The translations under genes and the position numbers were made by a program. Of a stretch of DNA of 64,000 nt, positions 48,705-61,638 are shown in pieces (position 1 is the first letter of the stretch; each line of letters opens with the position of its first letter). A model generated the notes under the pieces. The model worked only from the letters and a program-made list of their open reading frames with translations, made no database searches and was not told the origin of the DNA. The stretch lies in assembly GCF_009914755.1 (NCBI RefSeq), contig NC_060930.1; one strand, given 5' to 3'. The DNA comes from the human T2T-CHM13v2.0 reference genome, Homo sapiens.

Positions 48705-50509
48705 TAAGACCATGTAGTAACATTTTGGCCACAAAAGCTATATTTTATTGTTAGGAGTGACTAGTTGATGACCGATCATAGTCAGGATTTTTCAACTCTC
48801 TTTCTATCTTCTTTTTCTTTTTCTAAACTATTCACTCTTGGTTCTGGAACATTTAGAGCAAAGCCTGAAAGTCATGAGTACTGAGCTTTTCATGATGTGC
48901 CATCCATCTGAAATCTTACTCATTTTTAAAACTATGGGTGCTAAGCTTCATTGGACCCTGATGTCATTCAGGTGCCTGAATTGCAACATTATAAAAGCAT
49001 CAGATTATTCTGGTTGAGCACATATTTTTACAAAGATCATCCCATGTTATCTTCATCATCCCAAGGAGAATTTCTACTCTTAAAAACTCAAAGAGGAATA
49101 TCAAAGAAATTAACCCACTACCTCAGCTATCAGTTTGCCCAGAGCTAAATCAGAGAGCATTAAGAGAGCAGATTGGGCAACAAATTGATGCCCTTCTTGA
49201 CTTTGTGCTACTCTGATTGTGAATGTAGTACTTGAAAATAACAATTTCCTATTCTTTAGTTCCTCTTCTTAAAACCTATTTTGTACCATATGTCTATGAT
49301 AATCTTCTAAAAAAAAACTATTCTGATCTTGTTTCATTCCCACAAAAATATCTTAAGCCTTCAGGACTCATGTCTAAACCCCTTCTGTATTTTTAAAAAC
49401 CCTTCATAAAAGTGCTAGGATTACAGGTATGAGCCATTGTGCCCAGCCTATAATACATATTCCTAAACATTAGTTGGATGGGTTCATGAATAAATGAGCT
49501 TATAATCTAATAAATAAAAAATGTATTTGTTATTTCTTATAATTAAAATTATACAGACTAATATTTAGAAAATACAGAAAAGCAAAAAGAAGAAAATTGA
49601 AATCTCATAGTTTTGTTACAGAGAACTAACTACAATTCATTTTATCTGTATAGCCTTTTAGCCTTTCTTTCAATGCATGGATTAATGTAATAATACTATA
49701 TAGATCATACATATATAGTATATGTAAATTGCTTTTCCTTAAAAATGTGTATTTTTCTGCCATTAGATATTCTATTCACATGCATTTAGTGAGCATGAAT
49801 TATTTTATAATGAGAATCATAAAAAATAAAATTGATTCCCTATTAAACTTGTTTTACAATGGAAAGATGTTCAAATCCTAAGGACCTTCATGAAGACAGC
49901 AAAATGCTCTTAACAGCACCTTTTCTTAGAAATAAGGGATGAATTAAAGGAATTACAAACTGACCTAGTTTTCTAGCATGAAATCTTTAACCATAGTTAA
50001 TGTGGAATTTTCTGATCAAAAGTCACCTTGCTTCTACTGGGATCACAGCTAACCTGGAATCTTTAATGCCTCCTGGTGCCAAGAAGACCATAATCTTGAA
50101 CATTTTTTAGTACTGTACTTGCTGGAACAACTGAGGTCCTACTCAGCCATACCAGGTATATATCAGAATACAAACCCTGTGATTCGTAAGTACCACTTAC
50201 CAATGTGTTATACTGTAATTTTATGATGATTCTTTAAGTTGAAAGTCACTAGTAAAGAAAAAACCCAAACAAGATCTCCAAAACATCCCTGAAAGAATTG
50301 TCTTCTTGTCTTCCTATTTAGTATGAATTTTGGAAAACCCCTAAACAAATATGTAATTATTGATTATTTTATGTTTTAAAGTGACACTGCTTGCTCTCCC
50401 TTCCTGATTATTTTACCTTTTTTTCATCAACTGAAAATTCCAGAAATTCATTACCCTCCAAAAACACCCTCTTAGGCAACCACCCCCCAGTAACTTCAGT
50501 AACCAGCTT

Positions 50510-50537
50510 TGGCAAATACCTTGAGTTAATCATTCAC
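50510..50537 (+). promoter_or_regulatory. HNF1-type site GTTAATCATTCAC with adjacent forkhead-like GCAAATAC
   Basis: One mismatch to GTTAATNATTAAC at 50525-50537, about 150 nt upstream of the candidate ATG. Confidence 0.45.
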
Positions 50538-50684
50538 TCTACAGTCAGACGTAAGCTCATGAAAAAATAATCTTCTTTGTAAGTGAGCTCTTCACAGTGC
50601 TTTCTGGTGGCGGAGCAAGCTTGGAGACAAGTAGCTTTGGAGAATAGCTGAGGGTCCATTTCCACTGCAGACTAATCCCTGCCA

Positions 50685-50710
50685 ATGGGTGCTGCACACA
50701 GTGTTTGGGA
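50685..50710 (+). CDS. NCOA7: Candidate coding part of an alternative internal first exon (MGAAHSVW + GA)
   Basis: ATG GGT GCT GCA CAC AGT GTT TGG GA followed by GTAAGT. Ends in phase 2, like the exon ending at 41499. Confidence 0.5.
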
Positions 50711-50726
50711 GTAAGTATGCAGAAAC

Positions 50727-51050
50727 AGTAATGATTGCAAACCTAAATGCCTGCAGGGGCTGTGGAATGGGGGTAAAGGAAGCATGAGGCCAGGGTTAAT
50801 TATAGAGCTCCTTCTCTACCAGTAGGGGCTGTGGACCTCTGTAGCTAGGTGGGAATGGGAACACAGGCCTGGGGTGTTGCTACATCTTCTCATCTTTTTC
50901 AAAAAGGAAGCCGAAATATCGATTAAATATATTAAATCTCCCCAGTTGTTAAGTATTGTCCACTGTTTAATTTTAAAGATAGTGAGCAGAGCAAAGAAAA
51001 CATATTTACTTCTGAATCCACGCTATGGGCTGCCAGCCTGAGGCCTCTGG
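50727..51050 (+). mobile_element. MER102-like hAT-Charlie DNA transposon remnant
   Basis: GCAAACCTAAATGCCTGCAGGGGC...GTGTTGCTACATCTTC...GGGCTGCCAGCCTGAGGCCTCTG resembles the recalled MER102 consensus. Confidence 0.6.
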
Positions 51051-52108
51051 CATTGATATTAATATAAACTTTTACGTTTTTATTCATTTTCAAGTAATCC
51101 TTTTTATAACCACAACTGCTGTTTTGAGCTTTCTCAACAGAGCGTTCCTATTATTTTTGGTGAACCAAAGAGTATTTTTCTTTCCAGCTTTATTGAGATA
51201 GAGTTGACAACTTAAAATTATGTATTTTTGAGATGTTCAACCTGATGATTTCATGTATGTGTACATTGTGAAATATACATCACAATGGAGCTAATTAAAC
51301 ATCCTCATTACCACACAGTTAGTTGCCATTTTCTTCTTTTTTGGTATGTGTGGTAAGAACACTCGTTAGCAAAAAAGGACCTGTCTACAATGCATTGTTA
51401 ATTATAGTCACATTGTTGTACATTAGATTCAAAGAAGAGTAGTTGGTTTGTAAATAAATAAAGTTGTTTTTTTTTTATAGACACACTAAGACCCTTTAAA
51501 AATGGACATTATACCTGGGTATTACTAACCATTGATTTAATTTGGAGTTTTAGAATACTGAAACTGGAAGAGGCCCTACAGTGCAAGGAAAATTACCTTT
51601 TTCACATGAGAATTTCCAGCCAGGCCATTAGGACTGGATTTTTAAAGGCAGTCGTTTTCTAGCAGCAACCTCTGTGGTGAAAACTGCTTTGCCCTACTGG
51701 GCTTCTGTAGCTGTTTTCAGAATGGAACCCCCAGAAGTTTTAGACAGACATGCATTTGAATAATTTATGATGGACAATACAAGTGACCAACGAAACTGCA
51801 TGCATATGCGTTTCAGTACTTTCTAGGGCACATTCTTCTTTCCTTTCTTTACATGTCCTCTTTCAGTATTTCCCATTCTCTGTGCCATAATATACTCTGA
51901 AGTATGTTTTTAATGTAATAGCTATTAAATTGTTTAATGGTTCCTGCTTATCAGTTTTAAGTCAAGTGAGTTTCGGGATTATATTTTGCTGTGTGTGCCC
52001 CCAGTTCCTTTTCCTACCAGTCATGCAGCTTTTGATAGGGCAATAATTCCTTAACTGTTCTGGGTTATTTTGAGTACGTTTGTTGGTTTACAACAATGTA
52101 AATGGCAA

Positions 52109-52920
52109 TGAGATGAGAGAGTTCCCTTGACCCCTTTGTGGGACTTGCAACAGGGATATCACCTTTACTCAGCTGCTGCACTGAAACCCCTTGCAGGAGG
52201 GGGAGCACGCAGGTGAGTGGGTACAGGAGCTGGGGCGGGTGCCTTTGGGCACCAGTGGGAATGAACCCTGTACCAGCCCATAGTAGCGTCTAGGGGTTGC
52301 CCACGACCACTGGAGCCCCAGAGGTCATAGGTTACAAACAGTGCTCTTTTAGCATTTGCCATCCATGGATGACTAAGTGTTAAACCAGCTTAGTGGAGAG
52401 TCAGGGTGATAGCCCTTTTCACCCTGCCCTCTTGGTACCCGGGTTCTTGTCCAGCATCCAGGAAGAAATCAGGTCCCATGGCCTTGAAGGATGGTGAATG
52501 TGGAGATTTGATTGAGCAGTAGAAGTGGCTTTCAGTGGGATGGGGAGCTGGAAAGGAGATGGAGTGGGAAGATAGTCTTCCCCTGGAGTTTGGCCAGACC
52601 TGGCTGAACTCCTCCGACCGTCCCCGACCAAACTTCTCTCTGACTGTATTCTCCAATGTCCAGCTGCCTCTTTTCCTCTCAGCATTCAGGCGCTTCTTCT
52701 CATCTTTCCTCTGCTGAGCCACTCTGCTTCTCTGCCAGTGGAGCTTGTGGTTTTTATGGGTGCAGGGTAGGGGGTGTGGCAGGCCAAAAAGTAACATTTG
52801 GGGGGAAAAACGGGGATGTGAAGTTCTCATTTAGGGCCACAGGTCCAGGCTTGAGGGTGGAACCCTTGCAGAGACCCCACCCTTTTTTACCTAGTATTTC
52901 TCTGCCTCCTGTCTATATCA
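52109..52920 (-). mobile_element. ERV1 solo LTR (LTR1-family-like)
   Basis: Minus strand starts TGATATAGACAGGAGGCAGAGAAATACT; TG...CA ends; perfect 4-bp TSD GCAA. Confidence 0.85.
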
Positions 52921-54395
52921 GCAAGATTTTAGATCCTCATGTAGAAGAGACTTTCTAAAAGATCTGTCCAAAAGTAGAATGAACTTCCTTGCGTATTTAA
53001 TAATCCAAACACTGATAGGGTGGGCTAAGTTTTCTTATCTTCATTTTGGAAGCTCAGAGAGGTTAAGGAACTTTCCCAAAACCTCCAGCTAGTAACAGGC
53101 GGAACCAACTTGGGAATTCAAGTGTTTGACTTAGAAATGTATGGTTTTTAAACTTTAACTCATAGCCATGTTTTTTTTTTTTTTAAAGTGGGGATGGAAG
53201 GGAAGCAACAGTAAATTAAATCCTACCGTAACTAGTAGTGAATCTTGTTCAATAAACTAGATTGTAATTTTACCTAAAGTCCATACACCTAAGGCATGAA
53301 TGGTAGGTAGATATATGGTTTGTTTCAAGCATCAACTCTCCAATTTTTCATCAGATTTTCAATCCTTAAGCCCTGGAGCTTTGTCAGTGACAGGCTTTTA
53401 TGAACTAGCAAAACCAGGACAGTGGAAGTGACCCTAAAAGAAACAGTAAAGCATATTGTTTAAGACCATGAACTGACCTTGTGTTCGTCCCAGGTCCACC
53501 CCTAAAATGCTATGTGACCTTGGGTGACTTAATCTATGTAAGCATCTGTTTCTCATGCATTAAATAGGAATGATCATAATAGTGCCTACCTCACGGGATT
53601 ATAATGAGAATAAATTAGCATGCCCATGTATTAAATGAAAATTAGTTGCTGCTGCTGCTGCTATTACCTCTCCTTCAATCTGTTGTGCTTTGTTGCCTGA
53701 GTTAGGTGCTGCCTTCCAAGAAACTATCATTTACCTTCTTTGAATTTCTTCTTTAGAGATGACAACTCTATCTGCTAAACAGGGATTTGTAATTTGAATA
53801 TGGTGTCTCCTTTGGGATAAATCCCTAAAGGAGCCTTGTATTGAAGATAAAGACCTTTGAGGTGTATGAAGAAATCTGATTAAGGCCAAATTTGTAATTA
53901 AACAGAAAACCTAAACAAAGGTGAGGGCCAGATTTTAGATGGGTTGATTTTGTGCCTGGCAGAGCATGTATGGCAGGTTTCTTCCCATGCCCTCTGCCAC
54001 ACCTGGGGTCTGGCCTTGACCATCTCCTGCCTGGATCACCATTGCAGCCATAGCAACAAGGCCTTTATTTCTAGTTGATCCTGTCTCTTCCTGGCCTTCC
54101 CTACTTGGCTCCACAGCAGTCCTTCTCAAGCACAGATTTGTCCATGTCTCTTCCTGCTAAAGCTATGAACGCATGGCCTCCCTGTGCCTGTGGTTTCCTA
54201 TGGCAGCTTCAGCTATTCACATACATTCCCTCCCTCACAAATATCCCTAGATCTGCCTACCATCTATACTACTGTTTACTTAATGGTTGTCTTTAAAGGA
54301 TTTAAATAGTAATTTTTTTTACTTAGTCTTTTCCTAAATAGCAATATCTGTGAAATCAGAAAAATAATATGCTAGTAGTACTTATTTTTACTACC

Positions 54396-54685
<290 letters not shown>

Positions 54686-55943
54686 ACCCTTTAAGTACAT
54701 ATGTAAGTATTAAAATATGTTCTTCTGCATACCCTCTGAAGTCACTGGGACTGCCCCACCACACTTCAGGAAACAGTGGCCACAGGCTGAGTTCCAAGTA
54801 TTTTATCTTATGCTTGGGACTTTCTGTGACCTAGTGACCCACCTGCTCTGTCTTCTTTCTTCTTATCTCCTACCTTTCCATTAAGCAAATGGTAAGTCTT
54901 GTTCTTTTATTCCTCCTCTCAGGAATTCCTTCCCTGCCTCTTGAGTTCCTATTCAACACCAACATCCCAGCTCCGATGCCCCTCAGCTGTTGTGTTGGCA
55001 CTGTGCTAACATTTTTTTGTTTACTCTCCACCACCTGAGCACCTTGAGGCAGGGCCTGGGTATCCTGCATCTCTGTCCTTTTTACAGAATTCTTTGTCAG
55101 AAATCACCAGTGATCTGATGGCATTGTCCTCCTTTTGCTCTGCCATGTCCACTTTGACCTCACTGCAGCATCCCCCTGGTCTTCCAATGCCATGTCTTTG
55201 CATGGGTTCCCTCCAGTAGAATGCTGTTTCTCCTTCCTACTGTAATGGACTCTTCTGCCTCCCTCAACACCCAGTTTAACCATGGCCCCTGGGAAGCCTT
55301 CCCCTACCCCAGCCTTAGACACTTCACTGGGCTTACCTTTGCCATGATTCTTAATTTAAAAAGAAAGCAATAGTGTGAGCACAGAGCCAGAATGGACACT
55401 GGCTGCATTTTGGAGACTGGTGCAAAACAAAGCTCCCAGGCAGCCCCAAAGAGGTCACATTTATCCCAAAACCTATGAGGAGACATTGGGAAAACATTAC
55501 AGGCAGTTAGGTGAAATGCTCAGGTTTGCATTTTATGAGCTCGATTTTGCCTGTCTGCTGTTTCTTCTTGGCCTTGTGCTAGGACGGCTCTGCTTTCTCC
55601 TTAAATATTAGTGGTTTCTTGGGACCCAGTACTTGACCCAGTTCTCTGTTCATGGGTGTTACCACACACCCACTGCTTCAGCAGCAGGTAGCAGCCAGGG
55701 TGAGTAATTACTAGTAATTCTGTTCACTCATCCATCAGCCCTGCTTAGTGTCCTGAGGTAGTGGAAGCCCAGAGAAGCTCAGTGGTTCATCCAGACCACA
55801 GCGTGAGTCACAGAGAGTTTCCAAAAAGCCATTGACAGACCTGCCAAGGTTAAAACGGGTGATGACTGAGATACTGCTGATGTTTACAGTGGATGATCTT
55901 TGAGAAGATCAGCTTCACTAGAGTGGTGAGGGAAGGAATAAGA

Positions 55944-56251
<308 letters not shown>

Positions 56252-56474
56252 AGGAATAAGATTTTAAAACCTGCCACCTTCCAGAAAATACCGGAGCCAG
56301 GTTCGATTTAACAAAGGGCATATACAGAAAGGTGAACAAAATCAGAATAGAAGAGTTCAGGAATGAAAAGAAATTGGGAAATCTGCCAGCCCAGTTGTCA
56401 ACAATACACTCTAAAGGGAAAGTGAGGTGTGGGAGGGACTTTGGGAATAAATAAAATCCGAACCCTTTTTTAAA

Positions 56475-56775
56475 ATTATTTATTTATTTTTACTATTTTT
56501 ATTTTTTGGAGACAGAGTCTTGCTTTGTCGCCCAGGCTGGAGTGCAGTGGCATGATCTCGACTGACTACAACCTCCGCCTCCTGGGTTCAAGAAATTCTT
56601 GTGCCTCAGCCACCCGAGTAGCTGGGATTTTACAGGTGTGCACCACTACACCTGGCTAATTTTCGTATTTTTAGTAGAGATGGGGTTTCACCGTATTGGC
56701 CAGGGTGGTCTCAAACTCCTGGCCTCAAGCAGTCCTCCCACCTCGGCTTCCCAAAGTCCTGGGATTACAAGCATG
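56475..56775 (-). mobile_element. Alu
   Basis: Antisense dimer. Confidence 0.88.
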
Positions 56776-57278
56776 GAATTTATGGATCCAGATGAAGGAG
56801 ATAGGGGAATGGAAAGGTCGCAAGGTGGGGTGGTGGAAATAATAGAGGAAATTCACCAGGGAGTGGGACCCTTAAAAGTACAGAGAGGAGGGTTAAAACA
56901 GGTCAAAGAGCAGTTACTCCTTTTGAAGAAAAAGAGTGCTAAGAGGGATGGCAGAGGGAACACATTTTAAGAACAGTACAATAGAGAATCTTCCATTCCG
57001 AGAGGAGGCAGGTAGGAGAGTGGGGTGAGCTTGAAAAAATAGAGGCTAAATATGTACTGTGTAGAGTAGGAAAGAAAAAAAGCTACAGGTGAGTACGGAG
57101 CTGCACCAGGAGAGGGTTTTTCCTAGCCAAGATTAGCTGCCTTTGTAGTGGACCCATTAAGCCCAAATAAGCAAACCTAGCTACATTCATCATCCCAAGA
57201 GAAGAGCTGGAAAGATTATTGTGTTTGTTTCTGTGGGAAGTTTGGAAGGGCAGGTGCAGAAGGATCGCTGCTGTAGGC

Positions 57279-57297
57279 CTACCTCTAGGGGGCACTG
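57279..57297 (+). promoter_or_regulatory. Strong CTCF-motif match
   Basis: CTACCTCTAGGGGGCACTG versus consensus TGGCCACCAGGGGGCGCTA; CTGCTGT just upstream resembles the upstream module. Confidence 0.55.
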
Positions 57298-60104
57298 GTG
57301 AGGGTGAGCCTGAAAGAGAGATCCTAAAGTATATGAACCCAGAAGAGGCTGAAGACTGGGGAGAGAGGAGGAAGAGGGGTCAGGGCGGGAGCATAGCTGG
57401 TATAGCCAGGAGAAAGATGTGGTTTAGATGGAAGGCAGAGGGATCAGAAGGGGAATTTCAGAGCTTGAGGTCTGTTTCCAGAGGGCAGAGTTGAGTTCTG
57501 GGAAATGACCCACTAGGAAAACCCAGTGAATGAAAAGAACATTCCAATAATTAGGTTAAATAAACAAGGCAACCCTAACCTAGAAGGAAAAACTATGAAG
57601 TCATATCCTCTCCCCCAGGTAAATTGTAAAAATAACCTAAACAAAAGATAGAGAATTGAGCGGAAGGATTGCTGGGAAGAGGGACATTGACTCCTTCCAC
57701 CTCGTCTCCAGAGGACTTAGAACTTAAGTAAGCAAATTGATTCTACATGAATCTTAATATCCTCTTGTGGGACAGGCCATGTCCCTTCTTCATTCCTCCT
57801 CCTCTTCCCTCAGAGGCATAGCATGAGGGCCCTGTCTACGTGAGAGAATGAGGGGATATTATGCGGGAGGCTACTGTTGAGGGAAATAGGAGTCTGCCAG
57901 TGCCCTGAACATCTCAGAGGAAAGAAGAACAAGCATTTGCTGGCAGAGTGCCCCATTGCAGATGTACCTTTGAGGTTTCCCATCTCACCTCCGCTGAGGC
58001 TGCCCAAGGTTTGGGCGACTCTAGTGACTGCAGAGACAGAGGGTACCACCTGAGCGATGGGGGAAGCATTCAGGGCGGCTTCCCCTTCACACTCCCCAAA
58101 CACAGAGCACAGCACTGACGGGCTGGCTCCGGTGGTGCTGTGAGTCCCTCATCAGCGGAAGGTGCAGGAGCGGGAATAACAGGGACTGAGCTGCATGTGC
58201 CCTAAGGGCCACTCGGGACATCTCACTAATACTCCTTTAGATTTATTAATGAAACCTAAAGCCAAGGAAGTAGTTGGCCCATACTATGACATGAGATCTG
58301 ACTATGGACAGATACTAAAATGTTCCCCACCTCCTTGGACTTAGCATTTATTTTAAAAAAGCGGGGGTTGGGGAACAGCTTAGAATTACTGGAACGTTCC
58401 TGGGGATGGGGTGTTTGGGCACATTATTGAGTCTTACCAACTCTCAATTTCCTTAACTTTAAATTTGGCACAGTAATACATGCCTCATAGAGTTACTGTA
58501 CAATGTAAGGTCCTTGAGGCAGGAAATCACAGCTTTTCTTTTTAGGTAGATGGTATATTTTACCAGCATTGGTTAAAACATAAGGTTGCTTTTCTGCTTA
58601 ATGTTAAGTGTTTACGACTCTAAGCCTCTATTGTGTGATATATTGAAAGTGCTTTTTCCTTTTCTCTAGAAACCTTCCTCCAGTGGTAAGTCCCAAGAAA
58701 GCCTGTGCTTACTCAGTTTAAAGGGCTGGCCATGGCTGCTGCAAAATAGTCCACTCTGGGAACAAGCAAACCCAGAGCCTAGATTTACTACTCACAGAAA
58801 ACCCAGCAGTTCCAAAAGAGTAGGCTTGGGATATGCCCCCTTACCTGGTCACCCCAGATTCCTGTCCTAGGCTGAGATATTTCTTCTAGAGAAAATGGCA
58901 CCAGCAGGTAAGAATGCTTTATGCCAAAATTGACACCCCAGTACACTCCATCTCACATCTTCTTGTTAAACCTAAGAAACACACACATATGCACATGCAG
59001 CCATTTCCTTCCATAACATGCCCACAGTGGCAGGGGGCTTGATCTAAGTTTCAGAATCAGTAGCACACCATGCCTCAATTTGTCTGCTCCTAAAATGGTT
59101 ATGGCAAGACCCGACCACTTCTCTAACCCCTTTGGAGAGTTTCCCTTCAGGAACAATGGAATAGAGAAAGGGATGTTGTCTTTTTCTGTTGACTTTCTAG
59201 GACCACCCTAATTCATCAGAGAAGCTCTAATAATATTGAGATCTTCAAAAGAGATGGTATTAGGCGTTTGATTCCTCCTCAGGAAATCCTACAGACTTTA
59301 TATAAATCTTCCTTCTCCCTGACCTACTACCCCATCCACCTTCCCGATGGGTTGTAGGAATGATGAGTGGTCTTCATCAAACAGGGTGTACTCAGTCATA
59401 CCTCTCTCCAGAATACTAAGTCCTACTTATATCTGCATAATTAAACAGGACAATATAATCATGTCCCTGAGCAACTTGATGTTTTTGTCACCAGAAAGGG
59501 AAATGACTAGCAATTGCTAAGATAGTTTCTCTCCCTAAAATCTTAATTGACCTGCACTTTTCACACTTTACGTTTTCTTGCAATGTCTAAGAAGAAATGA
59601 AAGCTTAACTCCAAATCTGTGATTGATTCTTCATTCCCTTGCAGTCTTGCACAAGAATATTTGATTGCATGAACTCAGCATTCTCAGAACATTTCCTTTT
59701 TCACTCGGTGTCTATGATTGTCCAAAGACTTTCCCAAAGTAGAGTAAAATGTTAGAGGAAAAATGAGTAGTGCCTAATGGAAAGTGGGTCCAAAAAGTGA
59801 TTTAAAAATGTGTCTTGTGTTGTAACTAGAAAATTAACTGGGAAATGGTTCAGAAACCACTGTGGAATGAGAGGAGGACTTTTTAGTGTGATAGAAAGAA
59901 CGCTGATTGCCACCTCAGGAGATCTAGTCCTGGCTGTGATCCTGATGTTTTCATTCAGAGCCCTCATTCTCTGATACCTAAGGAAAGTCAGTTGAATGAA
60001 ATGCCATCCAGTGTCCAGCTCTAACATTCCAGAAGGGAGGCTTCATGAAGGCAGGGTCATTGGCACACAGTGGGTGCCCAGGAAGTGTTGTCAAAGGAAG
60101 CAAT

Positions 60105-60982
60105 GCCCTCTAGACAAAGACCAGCAGGAACACACCTGTAATTGAGTAAGTCAGGTTAACTTGTTGCAGTGAGGGAGAACACACACAATATAGGGAACCA
60201 TGGGTTACCTCAGAGGATGTTAGAAAGGAGTGGCTCATGCCTGTAATCCCAGCACTTTGGGAGGCTGAGGTGGGTGGATCACGAGGTCAGGAGATCGAGA
60301 CCATCCTGGCTAACATGGTGAAACCCCGTCTCTACTAAAAAATACAAAAATTAGCCGGGAGTGGTGGCGCATGCCTGTAATCTCACCTAGTCAGGAGGCT
60401 GAGTCAGGAGAATCACTTGAACTCGGGAGGCAGAGGTTGCAGTGAGCCGAGATCGCACCACTCCAGTCTAGCCTGGGTGACAGAGTGAGACCGTGTCTCA
60501 GAAAAAAAAAGAAAGGACTTATGGGATTTTGGTTTGTGTTAGGTGATTTGAGGGAGGATTCAAGGAAGCAGGGCCTTGCTCTAAATGGGATGCTGTCAGG
60601 AAGTAGGGGTAATTTTAAGATTGGGTATTTTATTAAATCCTATCTAGAAGGAAGGAAGACTGGAGAGACTAATGCTATAATTGGGAAGGAAGCACAGTCA
60701 TTCTCATTACCCAAATTAGGGAGACGTTTGGTCATTTTTGTGGCTGGATAATGTTTGTGTTGTTTGTGTTCAGCTCTGATTACAAAGTTGTCTTGTTTTT
60801 GTTGTGATTCATCATGGTCATAGAATGGCCTTATTTAGTGTGGATGTTCTGGAAAATTATATTAAATAGGAAAACATCGGGCATAGCTGTGAATGCTAAG
60901 CCGGCTCTTAGTAACACTGAGGCCTGGCTGATAGTACCAGGCTAGTTCTCAGATATTAGGGACTGCATGCCTTTTTCTCTCA
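60105..60982 (-). mobile_element. Old LTR-like element (family uncertain) split by a sense Alu at ~60229-60512
   Basis: CCAGCAGGAACACACCTGTA...GCAGTGAGGGAGAACACACAC...GGGAACCATGGG resembles old ERV LTRs; Alu TSD AGAAAGGA. Confidence 0.5.
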
Positions 60983-61638
60983 AGTCAGCTAGCCAGCAAC
61001 CTATTAGGAACCACTTATGCCCATACATTTTATCCAGTGTGGCTATGCACATAATATATATTTCCTTTTCCAAAAGTTATAGTGAAGCATAGTTCATTCT
61101 CAACTCTATTTCAAAACATATTTAAGATGGACTAAATTTTTAAGTATTGAAAAAACTAAGATTTATAATTGTATCTTTGTCAAACCTCTCTGGAGTGATG
61201 ATTTATTTCATGTTTTCTAAGTTAACTTTTAATAGGGAAGTTAATTCTACACGGCAAAAATAGTTCAGTGGTTGAAGAGAGAGAGATAGCTGGTGGGAGG
61301 GTAAAAATAATATAATCCCTATACAGCAGAATGTGAGGTTGTATGTGAAAATGACAAGTTGAATTGTTGCTTTCACAATGCAATCCTACTTCTGAGAATG
61401 TCCTGTGGCTTCGCCTGTACACATGTGAAATGAGTCACATGCAAATTTAATTCATCATAGCATTGTTCGTTATGGTACACTCTTGAAAACAACCCAGAGA
61501 ATGGCTATGTAACTATAATAAATCCAGTTAGTAAAGTACTATGTAGCTGTAAAATAAAGAATGAGGGAGCTGTCTATATACTGGTTTGGAAAGCTATCTA
61601 GGATATGTTATTAAATGAAAAAGCAAGATAAAGAATAA

